A program made the position numbers and the translations under genes. Below the pieces are notes generated by a model. That model had not been told where the DNA came from. It saw nothing but the letters and a program-made list of their open reading frames with translations, and ran no database searches. This document shows positions 54,573 to 63,505 of a DNA stretch of 64,000 bases, piece after piece. Each line of letters starts with the position of its first letter. Position 1 is the stretch's first letter. Source of the stretch: an uncultured Clostridia bacterium. GTDB lineage: Bacteria > Bacillota > Clostridia > Christensenellales > UBA1242. Where the stretch lies: contig CALWEA010000007.1 in assembly GCA_944376905.1 (NCBI GenBank), positions 168-64,167 on the forward strand, in the 5' to 3' direction.

Positions 54573-56231
54573 ATGAATAAAAAATTGCTTTCTTATTTGC
54601 TACAAGACAAACGTTTTGTTTTTGCAACTTTTTTATTAATACTCGCTTCAACTGTTTTTGCACAACTTATTCCTTATATTCAAGGTCTATTAGTTGACAA
54701 TGCATTAATTAATTCTAATTATGACATTCTCATTGAATTATCAATTATTGTTTTATCATTATTAATTCTTGATGTTGTTTGTAAACTATTTTTAAATTTA
54801 GTTATGTTTGATTTTGGAAATATAACCGCCAAAAATATTAATAAAGATGTATTTTCTGCAATTATAAATAAGCCTTATGATTTTTTTGAAACAAAAAGTA
54901 AGGGAGATATTCTATACAGAACAAACACTTATATTTATGATATAGGAACATATATTTCAAAAGATATAAGTTCTTTTGCCATAGGAATAGCGCGAGTTTT
55001 TGTTATTTTTGTTTTTCTTTTTATTCTTCAACCAGTTTTTGCTCTTTGTTTAGTGGGACTTTATATAATAATTTTTTTCACAATAATTTTTATAGGTCCT
55101 AAAATAATGAAAGGGGCAAAGCAAACAAAAAATAAAGAACTTTATAGAAATGCGGTTATACTTCAAAATATAGAAGGAATGGAAACTTTTCTAGCATATA
55201 GCACAGGAAATAAAAACTTAGGATTTTATTCAGTTGCCAATGAAGCCTATGATAAAGAAAGAAAAAGTTTTTATAGAAGATATAATTTCTTCTTTTCCTT
55301 GATAGATTTTTTGGTTTGTATGGGAGCGGTTATTATTTATATTATTGCCTTTTCTCAATCTGTTAGTGTTTTAGAAATTGGTGTTATTGTTGCAGTTTTA
55401 TCCTACACATCTAGTTTTGTAACTCCAATGAAAGATGTTGCAATGGGACTTGCAAACATTTTTGACAATTCTGCGACATTAACAGAAGTTTTCGAATTTT
55501 TAAAGATTAATCAAAAAGAAGAAATCCAAACAAACACATCTTTTAAATTTAGTGAAATTCAAATTAACTGCAAAAATGTTTTTTATAAAAGTTTAAAAAA
55601 CAATATAGAAATAAATAATTTAAATTTAGAAATAAACGCAAAAGATAAAATTTTAATATATGGTGTTTATGGGATTGGTAAAAGCAGTTTCGTTGATTTG
55701 CTCTGTGGCTTAATAAAACCAGACAAAGGAAAAATATTTTTTAACACTTACAATATTAATTCTATTAATCATGAAGATTTGTCGAAAATGATTTCTGTAA
55801 CAAGCGACAATGTTGGAGTTTTTAATGCGAGTGTTTTTGATAATGTTAAATTTGCAAAAGTTAATGCAACCAATGAAGAGGTTATTGAAGCAATAACAAT
55901 CTCTGGACTTTCAAAAGTTCTTTCTTATTCGGGAAGAAATTATAATTGGATTGTAAGTGAGGAAATAATGTCGGAAGGCGATAAACAATTTCTTTCATTG
56001 GCACGCGTTGTTTTAAGAAATCCACCTGTTGTTATTGTTGATGAGGCGATTCGCGATTTGTCGGAAAACAGAAAAAGATTATTTTTGGAATCTTTAAAAA
56101 AGTTTACAGAAAATAAAACATTAATTTTTATAACAGAAGAAATTCCTGAAAATACTAAATTTGAAAAAATCTATAATTTTGAAGAATTAAACAAAAAAAA
56201 TAAACAATTAAACAATATATACTTAAAATAA
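54573..56231 (+). CDS. ABC exporter half-transporter (TMD-NBD), partner of 50765..54523
   Basis: Walker A is GVYGIGKSS, Walker B is VVIVDEA, the signature is MSEGD, and the H-loop position reads ITEE. The RBS is ggagg. It starts 49 nt after the upstream stop. Confidence 0.8.
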   Translation: MNKKLLSYLLQDKRFVFATFLLILASTVFAQLIPYIQGLLVDNALINSNYDILIELSIIVLSLLILDVVCKLFLNLVMFDFGNITAKNINKDVFSAIINKPYDFFETKSKGDILYRTNTYIYDIGTYISKDISSFAIGIARVFVIFVFLFILQPVFALCLVGLYIIIFFTIIFIGPKIMKGAKQTKNKELYRNAVILQNIEGMETFLAYSTGNKNLGFYSVANEAYDKERKSFYRRYNFFFSLIDFLVCMGAVIIYIIAFSQSVSVLEIGVIVAVLSYTSSFVTPMKDVAMGLANIFDNSATLTEVFEFLKINQKEEIQTNTSFKFSEIQINCKNVFYKSLKNNIEINNLNLEINAKDKILIYGVYGIGKSSFVDLLCGLIKPDKGKIFFNTYNINSINHEDLSKMISVTSDNVGVFNASVFDNVKFAKVNATNEEVIEAITISGLSKVLSYSGRNYNWIVSEEIMSEGDKQFLSLARVVLRNPPVVIVDEAIRDLSENRKRLFLESLKKFTENKTLIFITEEIPENTKFEKIYNFEELNKKNKQLNNIYLK

Positions 56232-56275
56232 AAAAATTTTTTATAATTATAGTTTGTTAACTTTTACTTACAAAT

Positions 56276-56327
56276 AAAAAACAAACATCACTAATTAGAT
56301 ATAAATCTAAATATGTTTGTTTTTTTA
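56276..56327 (+). terminator. Terminator of the ABC operon
   Basis: A 12-bp outer stem aaaaacaaacat/atgtttgttttt encloses an inner 6-bp stem ttagat/atctaa, followed by a T-run. Confidence 0.65.
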
Positions 56328-56585
56328 TTTTTATTTAAATAATTGTTATTTTTAATTATTTTTTTTGATTATTTATTTTAATTATTTATTTTAATTATTT
56401 ATTTTGTTTATTTATTTCAATTTTTTATTTATTATTTTATTTATCATTTTATTTATTATTTGAAGTTTTATTTTGTTCTTTATTTTGTTTTTTATTTATA
56501 AAAATTAATTACTAACAAATTTTAAGTTGACATTTTACAATCAAAAAAATTAGAGCAATAAATATTTTTTTTATCTATTTAAAAT

Positions 56586-56933
56586 TTATATTTGTTGTCT
56601 GTCATGATAACCGGTAACAATAATATCTGCGCCTGTATTTAATATATTTTTTTCTATAATATCTCCAATATTATAATTTTTAATTGGTAGTTTTTTTATT
56701 TTGTCTATTATTTCAAATATTTGCTGTTTAGGGATTGGTATACTTGTTTTTGTAAAATAAATAATATCTTTGCCAACAAGTGAACAAGTAACTATTCTAG
56801 TTGGATTTGTAAATTCAGTTTTTCCATAATTTGCTCCTCGAAAACATAAATTTCCGCTAACAACAACTTCGTTGTTTATTTTTTCAATTTTCAATTTGCA
56901 ACCAACTGGGCAGACAATACAAGTTGTTTCCAT
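56586..56933 (-). CDS. DUF1667-domain protein (third gene of the GlpA-like cluster)
   Basis: The N-terminal Cys cluster is METTCIVCPVGCKLKIE...GNLCFRGANYG. The size and context downstream of two FAD oxidoreductases match the clostridial-type three-gene cluster. Confidence 0.7.
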   Translation of the reverse strand: METTCIVCPVGCKLKIEKINNEVVVSGNLCFRGANYGKTEFTNPTRIVTCSLVGKDIIYFTKTSIPIPKQQIFEIIDKIKKLPIKNYNIGDIIEKNILNTGADIIVTGYHDRQQI

Positions 56934-57014
56934 AAAACCTCCTAAAAATAATACAAGTTATAATATTAATAATTTATATAATTTAATTTATACAAAATTT
57001 TTATTTTTTATTTT

Positions 57015-57110
57015 TATCTATTTATTTTTCTTCAAATTTGTATTTATCTATTTATATATCTATTTTTTTCTTAATAATTATATTTATTTATTTATTTTTT
57101 ATATCTATTT
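57015..57110. repeat. Four dispersed copies of TATCTATTT in an intra-cluster spacer
   Basis: Copies lie at 57015, 57045, 57057 and 57102, within the 231-bp gap between 57165..58391 and 56586..56933. Confidence 0.6.
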
Positions 57111-57164
57111 ACATATATATTTATATATTTCTTTTATATCATTTTGTTTTTTTATGTTATTAAT

Positions 57165-58391
57165 TTAAACTATATCAATAAAAAGATTGTTTTGAACACT
57201 TTCTAAATCAACATTAATTTCTTGCATTTCTCCTGGATTAATTGCGACGCAAAATTTTGATGCTATTTGTTTTCCATTGCAAGTTACTATTATATTTTTT
57301 TTAGAATGTTTTGTTCTGCTTCTAAAAAAAATGGTAAAAGTTCCATGGTTGTTTAAATTAACTTTTTGCGGTATGACATAAGAGATGTTTGATGAAAAAA
57401 GAATATCAACTTTCTCATGTTCTTTTAATTGATTTTTTGCAAATAAACCAGCAGAAAGACCTGCGATTTTTCCTTCTTCTGTTGCGTTGTCTGCTAAATC
57501 ATGAATGTGTAAAACATTTCCAGAAACAAAAACCCCATTTAAACTGCATTCTCTGTTTTCGTCAACAACCGCACTTTTATTTTTAGAACTTGTTTGTATT
57601 TGGTTGGCAATTAAGTCAATTTCAGGAATTAGTCCAACTGAAAGTAGGACTGTATCACATTCTAAAAATTCCTCAGTTGATTTAATCGGCTGTAAATTTT
57701 CATCAACCTTTGCTATATAGACACCTTCAACTCTGTTTTCTCCAACAACTTTTGTTATTGTATGTGAAAATAGGAGGGGTATATCAAAATCGTTAAGGCA
57801 TTGAGTTATATTCCGTTGTAAACCGCTAGAATTTGGCATTATTTCTAAAACCTTTAAAACGGTTGCACCTTCAAAAGTTAGTCTTCTAGCCATAATAAGT
57901 CCAATATCTCCGCTTCCAAGTATGACAATTTTTTTTCCTGGAAGAATGTTATAGTATGAGACCATTTTTTGAACCATTCCGGCAGTGTAAATTCCTGCAA
58001 GACGCTTTCCACATAATGAAATTTGTCCGGCCGTTTTTTCTCTCGAACCACATGCTAAAACAATGGATTTTGTTTCAATTTCTAGGCGGTTTCCTTCACA
58101 AATAGTGTAAATTTTTTTGTTTCTTATTTTATAAACAAAAGTGTTTAACATTATATTGACATTATTTTTTTCAACTTCCTGTGCAAGTTTGTAGGCATAT
58201 TCTGGACCTGTTAATTCTTCTTGAAAGTATTTTAAGCCAAAGCCATTATGAATACATTGATTTAATATTCCTCCCAACTTTCCGTCTCTTTCTATTAATA
58301 AAACATCACAGCCAATCTTTTTTGCCTGAATTGATGCTTCCATTCCAGAAGGTCCGCCACCTATAACAACAACATCATACTTTGTTTTCAT
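57165..58391 (-). CDS. NAD(P)/FAD-dependent pyridine nucleotide-disulfide-type oxidoreductase
   Basis: VVVIGGGPSGMEAS (FAD GxGxxG) and IVILGSGDIGLIMARR (second dinucleotide fold) are present. Confidence 0.75.
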   Translation of the reverse strand: MKTKYDVVVIGGGPSGMEASIQAKKIGCDVLLIERDGKLGGILNQCIHNGFGLKYFQEELTGPEYAYKLAQEVEKNNVNIMLNTFVYKIRNKKIYTICEGNRLEIETKSIVLACGSREKTAGQISLCGKRLAGIYTAGMVQKMVSYYNILPGKKIVILGSGDIGLIMARRLTFEGATVLKVLEIMPNSSGLQRNITQCLNDFDIPLLFSHTITKVVGENRVEGVYIAKVDENLQPIKSTEEFLECDTVLLSVGLIPEIDLIANQIQTSSKNKSAVVDENRECSLNGVFVSGNVLHIHDLADNATEEGKIAGLSAGLFAKNQLKEHEKVDILFSSNISYVIPQKVNLNNHGTFTIFFRSRTKHSKKNIIVTCNGKQIASKFCVAINPGEMQEINVDLESVQNNLFIDIV

Positions 58392-58453
58392 ACTTTTTCC
58401 TTTTTTTATATTGTTTATTTGACTTAAAATTTTTTATGAGTTGATAAATGATA

Positions 58454-59896
58454 TTATTGAGTAGTTAAAAAACTTTTTGCGTTTTCTTTTAAAATTTGGT
58501 TTAAAGGAATGTTTAATTCATTAGATATTATGTGTGCCACCTTTAAAGTGCAAAAGCCTCCTTGACAATGTCCGGCAGTTGAGCGTACTCGTCGTTTAAC
58601 ACCGTCTAATGTGTGAGGGCGAAGGGGGCTGTGTATTGCATTGAGAATTTCCTGTAAACTAACCATTTCACAATTACAAATTATCTTGCCATATTTTTTT
58701 TCTTTTTTTATAAGATTGTCTATTTCTTCATTTGTTTTTGTTGCTATTGAATTGTATGAATATCGTTTTTTCATAGTTTTTTCTATTTCTTCAATTTTTT
58801 CCATTTCACAAACTAATTCTGCTATAGCAGGACTTGCTGTTAATCCTGGCGAGTTTATGCCACAAATATTTATAACATTTGGGTTTATTTTACTGTGTTG
58901 AATGATAAAATCTTTGCCACATCCAACTCTTATTCCAGAATATTCTCTAATAGCCTTGTCAAACGGAGGATTTTCAAACAATAAACTAATATTTTCTTTT
59001 ATTTCCTTTAAACCATCACTCGTTACAATAGTTTCAGGTTTTAAACATTCTGTTGATGTTGGACCTAAAAGAATATTTCCATCAGTTGTTGGAGTTGCCA
59101 AAATGCCTTTACCTTTGTTAGTTGGAAGAGGGAAAACTGTTAATTTAACAAAATTATTAACTTCTTTGTCTAAAACGAAATATTCTCCTCGTCTAAAAGT
59201 TAATTCGTATTGCTCTGTTTGTAAAAGTTTTGCAATGTCATTATAGCCTGCACCTGCACAATTTATTATTTTTTTTGCATTAATAATTTCTTTACCATTT
59301 GATATGACAAATATATTATCTTTATAATCTATGTTGGTTGTGTTATATGAAAAACGAAAATCTGCACCATTTATAACTGCTTCTTCGGCAAGTGCTATGG
59401 TAAACATGAAAATATTTATAATACCTGATGTTTTTGCTAGTAATGCATATTTAATGTCTTTTCTTAAATTTGGAACCAAATCCATTATTTCTTTTTGATT
59501 TAAAATTTTTAAATCGCAAGACTTAATACCGTTTGTCAAGCCTCTATTGTATAGAGTTTGTATTTTGTTTAAATCGTTGCCAACAACAACTGCCCCTGTT
59601 TCTTGGAAGGGAACATCTAATTCTTTGCAAAGTTTTCTTATTAATTTGTTTCCTCTAATATTAAGTTTTGCCTTGAGTGTTCCAGATTCTGCGTCAAAGC
59701 CTGCATGAACAATAGCAGAATTTGCTTTGCTTGCACCTGTGCAAACATCTTCTGCTTTTTCAATTAATATAACATTTTTTTTCATTCTAGTTAATTTGTT
59801 CATTATCGCAGTTCCAACAACACCGCCTCCAAAAATAGCATAATCATAAATATGATTTTCTCTATCTATTTTTTTTAAGTTGTTATCTTTATTCAT
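58454..59896 (-). CDS. FAD-dependent glycerol-3-phosphate dehydrogenase/oxidase-like enzyme with a C-terminal BFD-like [2Fe-2S] domain
   Basis: The DAO-type N-terminus is YDYAIFGGGVVGTAIMNKL. The C-terminus is CNCEMVSLQEILNAI...RSTAGHCQGGFC. Confidence 0.7.
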   Translation of the reverse strand: MNKDNNLKKIDRENHIYDYAIFGGGVVGTAIMNKLTRMKKNVILIEKAEDVCTGASKANSAIVHAGFDAESGTLKAKLNIRGNKLIRKLCKELDVPFQETGAVVVGNDLNKIQTLYNRGLTNGIKSCDLKILNQKEIMDLVPNLRKDIKYALLAKTSGIINIFMFTIALAEEAVINGADFRFSYNTTNIDYKDNIFVISNGKEIINAKKIINCAGAGYNDIAKLLQTEQYELTFRRGEYFVLDKEVNNFVKLTVFPLPTNKGKGILATPTTDGNILLGPTSTECLKPETIVTSDGLKEIKENISLLFENPPFDKAIREYSGIRVGCGKDFIIQHSKINPNVINICGINSPGLTASPAIAELVCEMEKIEEIEKTMKKRYSYNSIATKTNEEIDNLIKKEKKYGKIICNCEMVSLQEILNAIHSPLRPHTLDGVKRRVRSTAGHCQGGFCTLKVAHIISNELNIPLNQILKENAKSFLTTQ

Positions 59897-60114
59897 ATTG
59901 CAAAAATATCTCTCCTAATAAATATTTTAAATTGAGTCTATTATATTAAATATTAAAGCATTATTCTAAACTTGACTATTCAAAAGATTATAAATTGTTT
60001 GAAATGCTTTAATGTTTTTGTATTTGTTAATGTTTTATAGTTTTGTAGGATTAATATGCAAGTTATATTTTATTGAGTAGGTTTTATTTGTTTAGTTTTT
60101 ATATTGTAAATTTT

Positions 60115-60240
60115 TTATTGAAAAGTATTACAAAAAGTATTATAAAAAGTATTATTGAAAAGTGTTATTGAAACGTATTATTAAAGAATTATTTAAAAAT
60201 TTTATTGAAAAGTTTTGTTAGAATTTTTGTTGAAAATATA
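60115..60240. repeat. About ten tandem units of 12-13 bp (TTATTGAAAAGTA-like) upstream of the GlpA-like cluster
   Basis: ttattgaaaagta ttacaaaaagta ttataaaaagta ttattgaaaagtg ttattgaaacgta ttattaaagaatt ... ttattgaaaagtt ttgttagaatttt tgttgaaaatata. Confidence 0.75.
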
Positions 60241-60340
60241 TTTTAATATTATTGTTTTTTAATGGTATTGTGTGTTGTTTTTTATAATTGTTATTATATG
60301 AAGATTAATATAATAATTATTAAAATTTTATTATTTAATA

Positions 60341-60380
60341 AATTGTAGGTTGTAAATTGTAGGTTGTAAATTGTGGGCAT
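60341..60380. repeat. 14-bp x2.8 tandem (aattgtaggttgta)
   Basis: aattgtaggttgta aattgtaggttgta aattgtgggcat. Confidence 0.8.
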
Positions 60381-60858
60381 TTTGTTAGTTGATAAATTAT
60401 TAGATTTTTTTAGTCTTTTTTTGTTGTAGGTATTAAGAGTAATTGTTTGGTTTTTGTATATTAATTTTAATATATTAATAAAAAAAGAAAATGTCAAATA
60501 TTTTTTGCTTGTTTAAGAAATTTTTGTTTAATTAACAGTTTTTTTATTTATCGAGAGTAAATTTCAACAATATATTTTACTAAAACTATAAAAAATGATT
60601 CTTTTATATAATTTATTATCAAATAATAAATTGTTTAATAAATTGTTTACTAAATTTTATTTAGAAATTTATCTAAATAAATTATTTTTTTATAAAAAAT
60701 ATTAAAATAAGTTGTTTTTTTACATTTTTTTCAATTTTTAATAAATTAATTTTGTATTAAAATATTGTTAATGTTTTAAAATATTAAAAAACAGATAAGT
60801 TGAGATATAAAAATAAATTTTATTTAAATAAAAACATATTAATAAAAGGAAAAATAAG

Positions 60859-63237
60859 TTGAATAAAGAATTGTCTAATAAAAAAAATATAAGTGAAGAA
60901 TTTATTGAAAAGAAAATTAATAACAAAATGGGCTTAAAAATTATTGACAAAAAAAATTATAAACAGTACATATTTATTATATTAAAATATTTAATGTTTT
61001 TTTGTTCTTTTTTAATTTTGGCAAAAGCAAGTGTTTATCAAACATTTTTTCCTTTTTGTATAGGTTTGTTTTTTGGTTTAATTTGGTGTAATCAAAAACT
61101 GTCAATTTTAGCAATTTTATATGCTAGTTCCATGCTAATAGTAAATCCGTCAATTTCGACTTTAATTTCTGTTAGTTTTACTGTATCTTTTATTTTGTTG
61201 GTGTGTATAATTCATACAAAATTAAAAAAACAAATTAAATATCCTCTTTTTATTTTTTATATGTTTTTTTCTCAAGCGGGATATATTTTTAGTGAAATTT
61301 ATTATAATTCAAATATTTTGTTTTCTATATTAAATGTCCCTTTAACCATAATTTTTGCTTTGGCCTGTATAAAAATTTTTGAAGTTATTTTGATAAGAGG
61401 TTTTGTTTATAAATTAAATGTAATTGAGGTTATAAGTGGCTTGTCGTTTTTGTGTGCTTTTGCTATTGGTTTAACTAATTTTAATTTATGGGGCTTTGAA
61501 ATAATAAAATTATTTGCAACTTTAATTGTTTTACTTTCTGCATATATTTTTAATATAACAACTTGTTTGTTTGTTGCCAGTGTTGTTGGATTAAGTCCAA
61601 TAATTTCTGTTGGTGATGCGTCGTTGTTGGCCCCTTTTGTTATTTGGGCATTGGTTGTTTCTGCTTTCAAATTAAAAAATAGAATTTTTCCTGTTGTTGC
61701 ATTAATATGTGTTGAGTGTTGTTTAGGTTATTTTGTTGGCTTATACTATAATTATTCTGTTTTATCTTTAATACCAGTTGTATTGGGGTGTTTAATTTTT
61801 TTGGCAATACCAACAACTTGGTTAAATAAGTTAATGGATTTTTTCAAAACAACTAATAACAATCTTGCAATGAGAAATGTTGTTAATCGAAGTAGAGAAA
61901 GTTTGTGTAGGCGACTTTACAATTTGAGTGATGTTTTTGATGAAATAGACTTTGTTTTTAGGTCAATGGTGAAAAGTGGGTTAAATCAAGAAGATGTTAA
62001 AAAAATTTTAATTGCTGAAATCAAAGAAAAAATATGTGCTGATTGCGGAGAAAGGAATATTTGTCATCGTGCATGCATCAATCAAACAGAAGATGTTTTT
62101 AATGTTTTGGTTTCTGCTGGGCTTCAACGAGGAAAAACTTCGCTTTTAGATGTCCCACCTTATTTAACGGCAAGATGTAGTAGGGTTAGTAACCTTGTTG
62201 GTTCTGTTAATCAACTTTGTTCTCAATATAAAGAATATGCAGGTATGGTTAGTAATTTAGATACGAGCAGGGTTTTAATCGCGGAGCAATTAACGGGCAT
62301 TAGTCGAATTATGAAAAATTTGGCGGTTGAGGTTAAAAACAATATATCCTTTGATGTTGCTCGTGAAAATTTAATTATCAATGAATTATCTTATAATAAT
62401 ATTGTTTGTCAAGATGTTGTTATTTATGAACAAAATATAGATGTTGTTGATGTAACATTAGTTGTTAGGAAACAAGATACGGGTAAGAAAAAAATTGAGG
62501 AAATTGTTAGTAAGATTTGCAAAAATAAAATGACGGTTCAAAATGTTGTTCCGTCTAAAAGAGCGGGGTGGAATGTTTTGAGTTTACAAACAGCACCTAA
62601 ATATGATGTTATTTTTGGAACAGCAACATGTCCCAAAGATGGTTCTAAAATTAGTGGTGATTGTTATTCTGTTATTCGCATTGACAATGACAAGTTTTTG
62701 TTGGCGTTATGCGATGGAATGGGGAGTGGTGAAAAGGCGGAAAAAACAAGTAGTTTGGCAATAGGGTTAGTTGAAAATTTTTATAAAGCAGGGTTCGACA
62801 ATGAAATTATACTTTCTAGTATAAATAAATTATTGAGTTTAAATAGGGAAGAAATTTTTTCTGCACTTGATATATGTGTTGTTAATATGCGTCATGGAAC
62901 TGCTGATTTTATTAAAATGGGTTCTCCCAATTCTTATATTAAACATAAATCAACCATATCCGAAATAAAAGGAGGGGCTCTTCCATTAGGAATAGTTCAA
63001 AATATGCAACCTGTTATTATAAAAGAAATTATGGTTAATGGTGATATGATTTTTATGTTCACAGATGGAATAACTGATTCTTTTGAAACAGATGAGCAGT
63101 TAGAGGACTTTTTAAATAATTTAGAAGGTTTAAACCCTCAAATGTTGGCGGAAGATGTTTTGGCAAGGGCAATTGAAAACAGCAGAGGTGCTAGGGACGA
63201 TATGACTGTTATAGTTGCAAAAATATTTGAAATTTAA
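60859..63237 (+). CDS. spoIIE: Stage II sporulation protein E (membrane PP2C phosphatase)
   Basis: About 10 N-terminal TM segments and a central regulatory region are followed by the C-terminal PP2C domain (GDCYSVIRIDNDKFLLALCDGMGSGEKAE, MFTDGITDSF, ARDDMTVIVAKI). The start is TTG 60859 after aaagga, or ATG 60928. Confidence 0.9.
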   Translation: MNKELSNKKNISEEFIEKKINNKMGLKIIDKKNYKQYIFIILKYLMFFCSFLILAKASVYQTFFPFCIGLFFGLIWCNQKLSILAILYASSMLIVNPSISTLISVSFTVSFILLVCIIHTKLKKQIKYPLFIFYMFFSQAGYIFSEIYYNSNILFSILNVPLTIIFALACIKIFEVILIRGFVYKLNVIEVISGLSFLCAFAIGLTNFNLWGFEIIKLFATLIVLLSAYIFNITTCLFVASVVGLSPIISVGDASLLAPFVIWALVVSAFKLKNRIFPVVALICVECCLGYFVGLYYNYSVLSLIPVVLGCLIFLAIPTTWLNKLMDFFKTTNNNLAMRNVVNRSRESLCRRLYNLSDVFDEIDFVFRSMVKSGLNQEDVKKILIAEIKEKICADCGERNICHRACINQTEDVFNVLVSAGLQRGKTSLLDVPPYLTARCSRVSNLVGSVNQLCSQYKEYAGMVSNLDTSRVLIAEQLTGISRIMKNLAVEVKNNISFDVARENLIINELSYNNIVCQDVVIYEQNIDVVDVTLVVRKQDTGKKKIEEIVSKICKNKMTVQNVVPSKRAGWNVLSLQTAPKYDVIFGTATCPKDGSKISGDCYSVIRIDNDKFLLALCDGMGSGEKAEKTSSLAIGLVENFYKAGFDNEIILSSINKLLSLNREEIFSALDICVVNMRHGTADFIKMGSPNSYIKHKSTISEIKGGALPLGIVQNMQPVIIKEIMVNGDMIFMFTDGITDSFETDEQLEDFLNNLEGLNPQMLAEDVLARAIENSRGARDDMTVIVAKIFEI

Positions 63238-63505
63238 TAAAAAACTTCATTTTTAATTATTTATTTATTTTATTTGACAAGAAAAATATTATATTTTATA
63301 ATGGCTTAGTCTTAATTTTTATACTTTTATTATTTTTTTAACATTTTAATAAAAGTAAACATAAAATTGGGTATGTAATAAATCAAATTAATGTTGTTGA
63401 AAAAGAGTTGGTTTTTGTTAAAACAATAAATAAACTTCTTTTTTTGAACTTCATATATCATAAAATAAAATTGAAAAAGTAAATAAAAATAAAATTGGAG
63501 TTAAA

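Noticed and set aside
56872-57168. A 98-aa plus-strand ORF in the intra-cluster spacer. The related cases are 60294..60497 and 60768..60950.
   Set aside because: They are F/I/Y/L-only translations of T-rich spacer DNA. They have no RBS and partly overlap real genes.
8204-60380. I considered whether any of the tandem arrays are CRISPR arrays.
   Set aside because: The units abut directly with no unique 25-40-bp spacers. The units are 8-45 bp and degenerate, no cas genes are present, and the composition is pure A/T. They are minisatellite-like, not CRISPR.
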